A DNA stretch of 63,906 bases, filler included, from an uncultured bacterium (GTDB lineage: Bacteria; Latescibacterota; UBA2968), in assembly GCA_964471275.1 (NCBI GenBank). It is 3 parts of 3 records of this genome, joined end to end, with 100 filler letters (N's around TTAATTAATTAA, not from the genome) between each part and the next. Parts side by side here need not be neighbours in the genome. Positions count along the whole stretch, not along the records: positions 27,584 to 54,345 come from CAYYGZ010000032.1; positions 54,446 to 63,906 come from CAYYGZ010000182.1; 1 more part is not named here. One strand, 5' to 3'. A program made the translations under genes and the position numbers. The notes beneath the pieces are model-generated. The model did not search any database. It saw only the letters and a program-made list of their open reading frames with translations, and was not told the DNA's origin. Each line of letters begins with the position of its first letter. Position 1 is the stretch's first letter. Positions 49,443 through 59,333 of this stretch are shown here, piece after piece.

Positions 49443-50771
49443 CTAGGGCCCCGACCGATCTGCCGCGTCTGCCCTTCTGGATGTGTCATCCAACTCTCGC
49501 TCCTGCCGAATCAGATCCAGCAGATCCTTCGCCTGGGTCGGATCCGCTTCGAGGACATTCCGCCGCTCATACGGATCCGCCGCAAGATCATACATCTCCG
49601 TCTTCTCCGGCCGCAGGTCGCCATCCGTAAACAGCTTCACATCCCCGATTCGCGCTCCCAGATTCTGACCGCCACGGAAATTCCAGAAGAACGTGCTATC
49701 GACCTTCTCAGTTTCTCCGATGATGAGTGACCAGATATTCTTACCGTCATACTGAGGGTCCTCTTGCGTTGTTGCCCCGACAAGGTTCGTAAACGTGGGC
49801 ATCCAGTCCACAACTTGAATAGGGACAGTCATCTTCCCCGGTTTAAGCGTCCCCGGCCAGCTGATCACGGCCGGCGTACGGACCGCACCTTCATACATCG
49901 TCGACTTCTGGCCTCTCAGCGGCAGGTTGCTCCCCAAACGAGGCATCTCCTCCTGGCGTCCGGGATATTTGTCCGTGTCGTGCAGCGGATTGTCCGGAAT
50001 CGCCCCATTGTCGGACGCAAACACGACGATCGTGTTGTCGAGCTGTAATGTCCGGTGAAGCGACTCGATCATCTGTCCGATCGCCCAATCCATGTGGCTC
50101 AGATATGCCGCATAGATCTTGAATGAACGGTCACGCGCCGGATCCACGTCATACGTTTGATCGCAGTACGAGTCGATCCACTCCTCGGGCGCCTTGATCG
50201 GCGTGTGAACAGCAGTAAAGGGCACGTAACAGAACCACGGCTCCTTCTGCTGCTCCATCCACTCGATCGCCTCGTTGGCGATCAGATCGGTAACGTGTCC
50301 CCGCACATCGACCCGCTTACCGTTTCGATGCCACGTATACGACCACTCGCCCTCTTTATACCGGTGGCTGTAGGGATCGACACCACCCGCCAGGCTTCCG
50401 TAGGAGTAGTCGAACCCGAACTGATTCGGACAGAACGCCGGATCGGAACCCAGATGCCATTTTCCGAACAACCCCGTTGTATACCCCGCATTCCGAAGTG
50501 ACGCTGCCAGCGTCTCATATCCATCGGGCAAGACGGGTGCATTCGACGGAACGGTTGCGTGACGTCCGAACCGACCCGGATGTCGTCCGGTCATAAGGGA
50601 AGCCCGGGTCGGCGTGCACATCGGACAGACATAATGTTGATCCAGCTCGACACCTTTCTGAACCAGTCGATCGATGTTCGGTGTCCGGATGTCCGACCCG
50701 TGGTAGCCAACGTCTCCCCACCCCAAATCGTCCGCAAGCACATACAGAATATTCGGTTTATATGTCGCCAT
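49443..50771 (-). CDS. Arylsulfatase B-like sulfatase
   Basis: KPNILYVLADDLG, CTPTRASLMTG, GKWHLG, AVHTP, SDNG, GSNLPLRGQK..YEG. Confidence 0.93.
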   Translation of the reverse strand: MATYKPNILYVLADDLGWGDVGYHGSDIRTPNIDRLVQKGVELDQHYVCPMCTPTRASLMTGRHPGRFGRHATVPSNAPVLPDGYETLAASLRNAGYTTGLFGKWHLGSDPAFCPNQFGFDYSYGSLAGGVDPYSHRYKEGEWSYTWHRNGKRVDVRGHVTDLIANEAIEWMEQQKEPWFCYVPFTAVHTPIKAPEEWIDSYCDQTYDVDPARDRSFKIYAAYLSHMDWAIGQMIESLHRTLQLDNTIVVFASDNGAIPDNPLHDTDKYPGRQEEMPRLGSNLPLRGQKSTMYEGAVRTPAVISWPGTLKPGKMTVPIQVVDWMPTFTNLVGATTQEDPQYDGKNIWSLIIGETEKVDSTFFWNFRGGQNLGARIGDVKLFTDGDLRPEKTEMYDLAADPYERRNVLEADPTQAKDLLDLIRQERELDDTSRRADAADRSGP

Positions 50772-50805
50772 TCATTACCTCGTATTTGTCTCTTGGTAGA
50801 TGGTT

Positions 50806-51288
50806 CTAGCTACTGCTCCTCTGCGCCTCTAAGCCCCGCGCTTGCTCAGGTAAGGGCAGTTCCGCCAGGCACGGCCCTTCGACCAGATCCCGAATCCGAT
50901 GCACCCGGTTGACCAGATGACTCATCTGATCCAGTCGTAGATCCCACGAATCGACCCGTTTGTCCTCCCCTGGCCTCACCAGATACGGTCGAAGCGCAAC
51001 CGAAGTCGTCGAGCCGATCTGTTCGTAGTGACCAGGTGTATAGGCAAGCACGGGTCGCTTGCGATCAACATACAGACCCTGATACGACACCTCGATCACG
51101 AGCTCCGGTCTCAACCGGCAGTATCCGTCTGCGTCATACAGCAGATCAAGCTCCCAGAGAAGCGAGGAGAGCGGAGAAAGCTGGGCGCCATCCGCAACGT
51201 CCACGAAATTCCCGCCGTCATCCATCAGCGCAATCTTCGCACCCATCAATCGCGAGGTCGCTTCAGTCGTGTTCGCCTGGCACTGCAC
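50806..51288 (-). pseudogene. Possible C-terminal OB-fold remnant of an ATP-dependent DNA ligase-like protein
   Basis: IALMD..G.FV.V...; RPELVIEVSY...LRP..VR..EDK resembles the ligase OB-domain PELV.EV.Y...LR.PR...R.DK. Confidence 0.4.
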
Positions 51289-51570
51289 ACAGGGCCCCTC
51301 AGTCGGCCCTTCTCATCGAACCAAGCATCTCGATCGATATGACCTCACTTGACCTGCGTGATCATACCGACAAGATCATAACGTGCCTAGCCGTCCTCAC
51401 AGTATGCGCACAGCTTGCCACCCAGTCGCAGAGCCTTCACGGCGACATCCACGTTGTCCCTGAACTTCACTTTCGATGAAACTCCCGTATTCGAGTGGAT
51501 CACCAGACCCTCGAAGCCGGGATCAGCTGATAATGCGGGTCAGAAAGCGATATACGGGGCCAAGTCGACG

Positions 51571-53136
51571 CTAGGCTTCTGTCGTCAGCCTCAAACCACG
51601 CGACACAAACACTCGGTCCGCCAGGTCAAACAGTCCCTGTGCAATCAGCGCTAACCCCGCGGCCGGGACAGCACCTTCAAGAATCAGACCCACATCATCG
51701 AGCCGGATTCCTGTGAGGATCGGTTGACCATACCCGCCTGCGCCGATCAGCGCGCCGAGCGTGGCTGTCCCCACATTGATAACCGCGGCAGTTTTTATCC
51801 CTGAGAGGATCGCACGTGAGGCCATTGGCAGTTCGACCAGCCGCAGACGAGCGGTTGCGGGCAGACCGAGTGCAATCGCCGACTCCTGGAGTCCACCGGA
51901 AATATCGTTAATTCCGGAATGCGTACTCCTGACGATCGGCAGCAGACTGTAAAGAAAAAGGGCGACGATGGCGGGTGGCCCCCCGATTCCCAGGAGCGGA
52001 ATCATGAACACGAGAAGCGCCAGAGAGGGAATGGTCTGGACAATGCCGACAACGCTGAGGATGACCTGGCCGAACCGCGTGAACTTCGCGGCCGCGACGC
52101 CGAGCGGAATTGCCACGAGAATCGCACTGGCAAGCGAGACAAGAACCAGGCCCAGATGTATCTTCGTATTGATGACCAGACGATCCAGCCTCGTCTCTGA
52201 TCTGACGACCGTCTGGAGTAAAAAGGCCTCCGCGAGAAAATCCGCAGCTACTTCGGTGTCGGGTATCTTGTCCAGCTTCACCCGAGCATTCATGGCGATC
52301 ATCTTCGCCTCAGGAATCTTCCCCGACAGCCGGTGAAACGCTCGAACGACTTCCGGATAGCGCTGTTCCAGATCGGCTCGGTAAATGATGGCCGCATTGT
52401 AGATCGGGAAGTGGCTGAGATTGTCACGTAGCGTGCGCAGACCATAGTAGGCGATCTCGGCATCAGTCGAGTACATATCCATCACCTCGATAGATCCGCT
52501 CTCCATCCCGCGATAGGCCAGATCGTGGTCCATGCCCTGTACATTCTGGTGCGGTAATCCATATCGGTCTCGCAAACTTGGCCAACCGTCACCGCGATCC
52601 ATGAACTCGTTGCCGAATCCGATGGCGAGATCAGGATGCTTCTTTATGTCTGAAATCGTGAGAATACTCCTGCGCTCGGCCTCAGCTTCAGTCATACCAA
52701 GTGCATATGTGTTATTGAACCCGAGCGGCTTTGCCATTCGAATGCCCCTAGCTTCGAGAGCCGCACGCATTTGCTCTTCTGTCTCAACGCCCTGATTGGC
52801 AAATATCTCCTGGCTGATCGTACCCGTATACTCGGCATACGCATCGATATCCCCGTTCAGCAACGCTCCCCAGAGCACACGCGTACCGCCCAACTCGCGT
52901 CGATGCTCGACGGTCACGTCTGCATCTCTAGCCAGGTGGCCGATCAATTCTCCCAGAATGACCGACTCTGTAAACTTCTTTGACCCGACAGTGACTTCTT
53001 GAGCCATTGTGGCAATGGGCTGAATCAGGGCCCTCAGGAGCAAAACGAAAATTCCCCAGAATACTGCGCGGCTCCTGGCGTTCGTGATTGGCGATTCAAG
53101 CACGGAGTGTTGGTGTCGATCGCTCAGAACGGGCAC
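51571..53136 (-). CDS. Fused substrate-binding/permease subunit of a betaine/ergothioneine-type ABC importer
   Basis: VGSKKFTES.ILGE, EYTGT, GFNNTYAL, EF..R.DG, YSTD; then TM part QTIPSLALL, LYSLLPI, ESA.ALG, GAGGYG. Confidence 0.9.
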   Translation of the reverse strand: MPVLSDRHQHSVLESPITNARSRAVFWGIFVLLLRALIQPIATMAQEVTVGSKKFTESVILGELIGHLARDADVTVEHRRELGGTRVLWGALLNGDIDAYAEYTGTISQEIFANQGVETEEQMRAALEARGIRMAKPLGFNNTYALGMTEAEAERRSILTISDIKKHPDLAIGFGNEFMDRGDGWPSLRDRYGLPHQNVQGMDHDLAYRGMESGSIEVMDMYSTDAEIAYYGLRTLRDNLSHFPIYNAAIIYRADLEQRYPEVVRAFHRLSGKIPEAKMIAMNARVKLDKIPDTEVAADFLAEAFLLQTVVRSETRLDRLVINTKIHLGLVLVSLASAILVAIPLGVAAAKFTRFGQVILSVVGIVQTIPSLALLVFMIPLLGIGGPPAIVALFLYSLLPIVRSTHSGINDISGGLQESAIALGLPATARLRLVELPMASRAILSGIKTAAVINVGTATLGALIGAGGYGQPILTGIRLDDVGLILEGAVPAAGLALIAQGLFDLADRVFVSRGLRLTTEA

Positions 53137-54222
53137 CTATGCGGGTTTGGGGGCCAAGAGGTTAAGACTGAAGCGTCGCTCGCCATCGAACCATTGGCCC
53201 TCAATCATCAGACCCGACGTTGTCGCTAGATCACCGATCTCGTCGAGCGAATATTTGTAGGAATTCTCTGTGTGAATCGTCTCGCCTTCTGCAAACGCAA
53301 CATCGAGCTTGAGATCATCGATGACCACGGTCTGGTCGATCTGACTTACAAGATGCATTTCAACACGACCTTCCGCTTCATCATACCTTGCGAGGTGCTC
53401 GAACGATGCCAGATCGAAATGCCCATCCAATTCTTCATTCACGCGAATCAGGACGTTCTTATTGAACCGGGCTGTCACCCCTGCGGCATCGTCGTAGGCT
53501 GGCTCCAGAACGGCTGCCGACTTCCTCAAATCGATCCCGATCAGGAATCTGTCTTCCGATGACATCTCGGTTCGTAGACTGTGCAGGAACTGAGTCGCTG
53601 CCGGTCGCGTCAGATTGCCGATACTCGAACCCAGCCAGAGGATCAGTTCAGGACCCGAGTTCTCCTCCTTGAGAGCGGCGATACCATCCTGATATTCGGC
53701 CGCGACGGCCAGAATCGCCAGCTGCGGAAACGCTTCCAGCAGGCTAACGGAGCTGCTCTCGAGTGCAGACGCCGAAATATCGATCGGCGTGAACCGTAAG
53801 GTGGCTCGTTCCGCAAGGAGTGCCTCGATCAGCAAACGCGTCTTCGTGGCGCTCCCGCTCCCCAGTTCGACAACGGTTGTGTCTTCGGGCAACCCCTCGA
53901 CGATTCGCGAGGCATATGTCGTCAGGATCTCTCGCTCACTTCGTGTCAGGTAATACTCCGGCAGCGAGCAAATCTCCTCGAACAGACGAGACCCGACTTC
54001 GTCATAGAAGAAGCGACAAGGAAGCGACTTCCGATCCGAAGTGAGCCCTATTTTCACTGCGTCCAGAAAGTCTGAATCCGCTGACGCGTGATTCACGCGA
54101 TCGACCAGCCTGAACCGCCCTGTGGCATCAAGAGATGACCTGCCTCGATTCTGCTCTTCAATCCTCAATCTGCCATCCTCATTCCTCAATCCCCACGCTC
54201 TCCAGTGGACTTCGCTGCGCAT
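53137..54222 (-). CDS. egtD: L-histidine N-alpha-methyltransferase (Methyltransf_33)
   Basis: GL....KSLP..FFYDE.GS.LFE.IC.LPEYYLTR.E, ELGSGS..KT, AYDD..GVTA.FNKN, RVEMHL, IHTENSYKY. The true start is probably downstream of 54180. Confidence 0.88.
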   Translation of the reverse strand: MRSEVHWRAWGLRNEDGRLRIEEQNRGRSSLDATGRFRLVDRVNHASADSDFLDAVKIGLTSDRKSLPCRFFYDEVGSRLFEEICSLPEYYLTRSEREILTTYASRIVEGLPEDTTVVELGSGSATKTRLLIEALLAERATLRFTPIDISASALESSSVSLLEAFPQLAILAVAAEYQDGIAALKEENSGPELILWLGSSIGNLTRPAATQFLHSLRTEMSSEDRFLIGIDLRKSAAVLEPAYDDAAGVTARFNKNVLIRVNEELDGHFDLASFEHLARYDEAEGRVEMHLVSQIDQTVVIDDLKLDVAFAEGETIHTENSYKYSLDEIGDLATTSGLMIEGQWFDGERRFSLNLLAPKPA

Positions 54223-54345
54223 TGATAAAGTCCGTCACAAACGCCTCCGCAGGTTGCTTCACCAGATGCTCGAGAGATCCCGCCTGAACGATCCGACCCT
54301 CCCGCATAAGCAGTATCTCGTGGCCAAAATAACCCGCCTCCCCGA
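54179..54345 (-). CDS. 3' end of an ABC ATP-binding subunit (truncated by the contig end)
   Basis: GEAGYFGHEILLMREGRIVQAG...LVKQPAEAFVTDFINAQR...* matches an OpuA/ProV-type C-terminus. Confidence 0.8.
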
Positions 54346-54445
54346 NNNNNNNNNNNNNNNNNNNNNNNNNNNNNNNNNNNNNNNNNNNNTTAATTAATTA
54401 ANNNNNNNNNNNNNNNNNNNNNNNNNNNNNNNNNNNNNNNNNNNN
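54346..54445. other. Artificial contig-joining spacer
   Basis: N44-TTAATTAATTAA-N44. Confidence 0.97.
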
Positions 54446-54775
54446 GAACGAGGCTCTGAGAAGACAATCGCCAGACGCCCGATACTCAGACCCGTTGATC
54501 GACGCAACTCGCACACAGCCTTCAACGGCCTCGTGTTTTTTTTAGCGCATGAATGGCGAGGGCCTGATCACCCGCCAACTTATACGCATACGTCGGATTT
54601 ATATCCCACTTACGGCATATCTCTGAATGCGACAGCATTCCTGAAACGAACTCTACCGCTATTTCATACTTCTGTTCTTCAGTGAACTTCGGATCTCCTG
54701 CCAAGGACACACCCTTATGATTACAACACTATAGGAGGTCTCACTCATTCAGGGGGCCAATATGGAGACTGCCAA
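54446..54775 (-). mobile_element. IS3-family-like transposase OrfA remnant at the contig end
   Basis: KFTEEQKYEIA......S.SEICRKWDI.P..Y.K HTH, ending LKK over an A8 run (54536-54543) like an IS3 -1 frameshift site. It appears internally deleted. Confidence 0.6.
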
Positions 54776-54778
54776 CTT

Positions 54779-56362
54779 CTACAGCTTGACCTGCTTCGCC
54801 CAGTAGACGAGCGGGTCAGATTCTATACGCTTTAATACCTCGGATGACACGGGTGCGTCGACAATGAAGACCATAATGGCGCGGCCACCGCGGCTCTCAC
54901 GGCCAAGCGCCATGTCGGCGATGTTGATGTCGTTCTCGGCCAGAAGCGTTCCCATCGTTCCGACGACGCCCGGCGTATCACTGTTGCAGCAGATGAGGAC
55001 CTCTCCCTCCAGCCGCGCCTTGACCTCGAACTGGTCGATCATGAGGAGACGAGCATCATTTCTGCCAAAGACGGTCCCCACCACCGTCGTCGTCTCCTTG
55101 GTCGTTTCGCAATTGACGGTGATCAGGTTGACGTAGTCGTGATTGGTGCTGGTGCGCTTCTCCTCGATCTGAACGCCGCGGTCGCGAGCGAAGATCGGTG
55201 CGTTCACGTAGCTGATCGGTTCATCTGAGAGTTCGGTGACGGCGCCTTTAAGGACGGCTGCAGTCATCGGCGATGTGGCGTACTCGAGTACCTCGCCCTG
55301 GTATTCGATGGTCATCTTCTTCAGGCTGCCGTCGCTTAGCTGCGAGACAAAAGACCCGATACGTTCGCCGAGAAGCAGATAGGGCTGTATCGCATCGAAT
55401 ATCGTCGGGTCGACGGCGGGGAGATTGATCGCTCCCTGAACCGGCTTGTCCAGGATCCCGTCGACGACACTGGCCATGATCTGTCTGGCCACCTTTTCCT
55501 GGGCCTCCGCGGTCGAAGCGGCAAGGTGCGGTGTGCAGATGACCTCGTCGCGCCCGACGAGCGGATGATCTTCGGGCGGCGGCTCAACAGGATAGACATC
55601 GATCGCGGCACCCGCCACCTTTCCGGATTCGATCCCTCGCAGGAGTGCGTGGTCATCGATCAGCTCACCACGCGCGCAGTTCACGACCCGAACACCCTCT
55701 TTACACTTTGCGAGTGTTTCATCGTTGATCATGTGGTGCGTGTCTTTGAGCAGGGGGGCGTGCAGGGAGATGTAGTCCGCCTGAGCGAAGATCTCGTCTT
55801 TTGTAGCTAGCGAGATGTTGTTCTTCTCGGCCATCTCTTCGGAGAAGAAGGGGTCGTTCGCCAGGATGGTCATGCCGAAGGCCCGAGCCCTGGCGCAGAC
55901 CTGGAGGCCGACACGTCCGACACCCATGACACCGAGTATCTTCCCGTCCAGTTCGACCCCCGTGTAGGTCTTCCTGTCCCAACGCCCTTCCTTCATCGAC
56001 TGTGCTGCTTGCGGAATGTTGCGCGATAGAGAGAGGAGCATCGCCACCGTGTGATCGGCCGTGGATACCGTGTTCCCGCCCGGTGCGTTGACCACGATGA
56101 TACCGCGCTGTGAGGCTGCATCAATGTCGATGTTGTCGACTCCGGCTCCCGCCCGCCCGATGATTCTGAGTTTGCTCGCGGCCGCGATGATGGGTGCTGT
56201 GACGGTCGAGGCGCTGCGTACGATCAGCCCGACATACTCGGGTATGATCTCGATGAGTTGGGCCTCGCTCAAGCCCGTGTTGACGTCTACCTGGATGTTA
56301 GTACCAACGGCGATGTCCTGCCAGCCGTCGGCCATCGAATCTGCGATCAGGAGTTTGTCCAT
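54779..56362 (-). CDS. serA: D-3-phosphoglycerate dehydrogenase (long form with ASB and ACT domains)
   Basis: GRAGAGVDNID, G.GRVG, NCARG, TPHL.AST.EAQ, C-terminal DTPGVVG..G..L....INIA. Confidence 0.95.
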   Translation of the reverse strand: MDKLLIADSMADGWQDIAVGTNIQVDVNTGLSEAQLIEIIPEYVGLIVRSASTVTAPIIAAASKLRIIGRAGAGVDNIDIDAASQRGIIVVNAPGGNTVSTADHTVAMLLSLSRNIPQAAQSMKEGRWDRKTYTGVELDGKILGVMGVGRVGLQVCARARAFGMTILANDPFFSEEMAEKNNISLATKDEIFAQADYISLHAPLLKDTHHMINDETLAKCKEGVRVVNCARGELIDDHALLRGIESGKVAGAAIDVYPVEPPPEDHPLVGRDEVICTPHLAASTAEAQEKVARQIMASVVDGILDKPVQGAINLPAVDPTIFDAIQPYLLLGERIGSFVSQLSDGSLKKMTIEYQGEVLEYATSPMTAAVLKGAVTELSDEPISYVNAPIFARDRGVQIEEKRTSTNHDYVNLITVNCETTKETTTVVGTVFGRNDARLLMIDQFEVKARLEGEVLICCNSDTPGVVGTMGTLLAENDINIADMALGRESRGGRAIMVFIVDAPVSSEVLKRIESDPLVYWAKQVKL

Positions 56363-56381
56363 TAGTCGGTTCGTCTGATTT

Positions 56382-57536
56382 TCATGTTTTCTGTAATGCC
56401 GCCGCTTTCGTCGCCAGCGCTCGCTCTGCTGCCGCTACCGCTACGCCCCTGTCAAAGCGCAGACCCATCCAGGCCAGCGATTCTTCGAGTGCCCTGACGA
56501 TGAAGCGGATGTCATCATCGGTGACGAACCCCAGGTTCGAGATCCTTACGACACGTCCGTGGAGGTGAGCCAGACCCCCACCGATCACGGCGCCATAGCT
56601 CTGTTGAAGACGGTTTGCGAGTTCGATGCCGTCGATCGATTCGGGTAACTCGACCGCGGTCAACGCGTTCGACGGAGATTGAGCAAAGCAGGTGAGCCCG
56701 ATTGCCCAGATGCTCTCACGAACCGCGAGTGCCTGTCTGGCGTGGCGGGCCCAAACCTGGTCAATCCCCTCTTCTAATATCAGATCCAGGGCCGCACGCA
56801 GCCCGGAGATCAAGGTTACGGGCAAAGTCGCGGGGCCCCGACCCTCTGCCAGGGCCTCACGATACCTGTTCAGATCCAGGTAGAACCGTGAGCAGTCTGC
56901 CGATTCAGATGCCGCACGCGCACGCTCACTGAACGTGATCGCCGCCAAACCGGGCGGTAGGCCCAGGCCCTTCTGAGACCCGGTCACAGCGATGTCAACG
57001 CCGTGAGCCGATGTGTCCAACCGGTGCGCACAAACGCTGGAGATTCCGTCGACGATCAGGAGCGCTTCGTGTTCGGACACGATCTTGCCGATGGCCGCGA
57101 TATCATGGAGTACACCGGTCGACGTTTCACTCTGCGTCGTCAGTACGGCCTTGATGCACGGATCCTTTTTCAGTTTCGCTGCGACCCGGTTCGGATCAAT
57201 CTCAGTGCCCCACTCACCGTCAACGGTCAAGACCTTGATCCCATAGGTGCCGCAGATGTCCTTCCAGCGGGCACCGAAGTTCCCTGCCTGCGCAACGACG
57301 ACTCGGTCACCCGGCGAGAGCGTGTTGACGACCGCTGCCTCCATCGCCCCGGTTCCGGAGGACGACAGGAGGAACAGTTCATCAGGCGTCGGAAAGAGCT
57401 TCTTCGTGTCTTCCACGACTCCGGTCAACAACTCCGAAAACTCGGGTCCGCGGTGATAGACGATCGGACCCGTCATCGCGTCCTGGACTTGATCGGGGAT
57501 CGGTGTCGGCCCGGGTATATAGAGACGCTGCTTCAA
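56382..57536 (-). CDS. Class V aminotransferase (serine-pyruvate/alanine-glyoxylate type)
   Basis: IPGPT, HRGPEF, SGTGAMEAA, SETSTG, VDGISS, GSQKGL..PPG. Confidence 0.92.
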   Translation of the reverse strand: MKQRLYIPGPTPIPDQVQDAMTGPIVYHRGPEFSELLTGVVEDTKKLFPTPDELFLLSSSGTGAMEAAVVNTLSPGDRVVVAQAGNFGARWKDICGTYGIKVLTVDGEWGTEIDPNRVAAKLKKDPCIKAVLTTQSETSTGVLHDIAAIGKIVSEHEALLIVDGISSVCAHRLDTSAHGVDIAVTGSQKGLGLPPGLAAITFSERARAASESADCSRFYLDLNRYREALAEGRGPATLPVTLISGLRAALDLILEEGIDQVWARHARQALAVRESIWAIGLTCFAQSPSNALTAVELPESIDGIELANRLQQSYGAVIGGGLAHLHGRVVRISNLGFVTDDDIRFIVRALEESLAWMGLRFDRGVAVAAAERALATKAAALQKT

Positions 57537-57562
57537 GCTTGGTGACCTGACAGGTGATATGT

Positions 57563-58669
57563 TTAATGACCTCGCGCGTCGATCGACCAGGTTTCTGCCC
57601 AGTTGCCCTCTCCGTCGATAACGTAGGCCTCGTCATACAGGTTCACCGTCGAACAGACGTGTTTGGGAACCAGGTAGATGACGTCGCCGACGTTTGGTCG
57701 CTTCACACTCGGTTCCAGGCGGATCAGTTGGTGTTCCTCGTTCCTGACGAGAAACTCGAGCTCCCCGTCAAGGTTCAGAGCCCGGAAATGCGGAACGGGA
57801 ACGTCCGGGTTGATCCCCTTGTTGCCGGCATCAAGCGTGATCAGGTCGTCGGCGGGTGTGCTGATGACCCGTGAGACGACGAGCGCCGCCCAATCGAATG
57901 GGAAGGGCAGGCTTTCGCCATACCCCGAGTCCCAGAAGATCCAGGTTCCGGGTGACACTTCCGTAACACCGTCGACCTGGTTGGTGGCATCGAAGCCCCT
58001 CGAGCCTGATGAAACGACCAGAGACACCTCAATTCCTGCTTCCTCGATCTGCCGCCTAGTATCCACGGCAAGCTGCACGGCTTCTCTCGCTCTTGTCTGA
58101 CGTGACTCACCATTCCCCCCGATGTGGCCGTCATACGAGTGCAGACCATCGAAGGTCACTCCGTCGAGGCTATCGATCAGTTTGGCCAGAGCGACACTTG
58201 GTTCACTGGGAGGGGCGCCCGTCCGGTTCATGCCGGTGTTCAGATCAATCGCCACGCCGATGGTGACGTCTGCCTCGACACACTCTGCCGCCAGCTTTCG
58301 GATACTGGGCTCGTCGTCCGCAATCACCCGAAGCGTGACCGCGGGATATATTCTGGCCAGATCGACGACTCGCTTGATCTGGGGTCCAACGGGAGGGTAG
58401 GCGATCATCACATCCTCCGCCCCGTTTGCGGCCAGCAGCGCGGCTTCCTTGGGAGTCGCGCATTTGAACTTCGTGATTCCGGCAGCCATCTCCATCCTGG
58501 TGACCTGTTTCATCTTGTGCGTCTTGATGTGTGGGCGCAGACGGTCATAACCGTCGAGAAGACCGCCGATTGTCCTGATGTTTCGCTCGACGATGTCTCG
58601 ATAGACGACGAGTGCAGGACTCGGGATCTCATCAACGTTCTTGATGGTGTAATCGATATCAGATGACAT
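57563..58669 (-). CDS. D-TA/DSD1-family PLP enzyme (D-threonine aldolase / D-serine dehydratase)
   Basis: SPALV, LRPHIKTHK, KCAT..EA, D...GMNRTG, YDGH, LDAG.K, EEH, PKHVC.TVN. Confidence 0.9.
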   Translation of the reverse strand: MSSDIDYTIKNVDEIPSPALVVYRDIVERNIRTIGGLLDGYDRLRPHIKTHKMKQVTRMEMAAGITKFKCATPKEAALLAANGAEDVMIAYPPVGPQIKRVVDLARIYPAVTLRVIADDEPSIRKLAAECVEADVTIGVAIDLNTGMNRTGAPPSEPSVALAKLIDSLDGVTFDGLHSYDGHIGGNGESRQTRAREAVQLAVDTRRQIEEAGIEVSLVVSSGSRGFDATNQVDGVTEVSPGTWIFWDSGYGESLPFPFDWAALVVSRVISTPADDLITLDAGNKGINPDVPVPHFRALNLDGELEFLVRNEEHQLIRLEPSVKRPNVGDVIYLVPKHVCSTVNLYDEAYVIDGEGNWAETWSIDARGH

Positions 58670-59240
58670 GATCGATCCAGTTGAGCAGTTCGCCGCGCCC
58701 CTGCCCCGTGGTCGAAGAGAAAGCGAGGAAATCGACCTCGGCAACGTCCGCGATCGCGGCGAGTGACTTATCGAGCTGTTTGCGGGCTTTACCCGGTGAC
58801 ATCTTATCCACTTTAGTAGCGACAATGACGAAAGGAAGACTCGCCTCGCCCAGCCAGCCGATCATTTCCAGATCCTCGGTACTTGGATCGTGACGGGCAT
58901 CGATCAACTGAACCAGTCCCCTGAGTCGCTCGCTGGATCGCAAGTAGGCGTCGATCAATTCGGCCCAGGTTTTCTTCTCAGCCTTGGATCGTTTGGCGAA
59001 CCCATACCCCGGCAAATCCACAAAGTGGAGGTGCCTGTTTATCAGGTAGAAATTCAACAGACGGGTCTTGCCCGGGGTGTTGCTGGTCTGTGCCAGATTG
59101 CGCCGATTCATCAATCGATTGATCAGCGATGATTTTCCGACGTTGGACCTGCCCGAGAACGCGATCTGGGGGAACGCTTCAGTCGGGATCTGTGAGGGAT
59201 GGGCGACGCTCTTGACGAATTCGGTTTGCTTGATCTGCAT
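58659..59240 (-). CDS. engB: Ribosome biogenesis GTPase YihA/YsxC
   Basis: GRSNVGKSSLIN, TPGKT, DLPGYG, TKVDK. Confidence 0.96.
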   Translation of the reverse strand: MQIKQTEFVKSVAHPSQIPTEAFPQIAFSGRSNVGKSSLINRLMNRRNLAQTSNTPGKTRLLNFYLINRHLHFVDLPGYGFAKRSKAEKKTWAELIDAYLRSSERLRGLVQLIDARHDPSTEDLEMIGWLGEASLPFVIVATKVDKMSPGKARKQLDKSLAAIADVAEVDFLAFSSTTGQGRGELLNWIDHVI

Positions 59241-59333
59241 GACCCCGGCTCCGTTCGTTCTGCGCCATCCGTACAAGGAAGAAGGGCACGGGTTACCGTG
59301 CCCCAGACACACCCGGGAAGCCTGACGCGGTGG

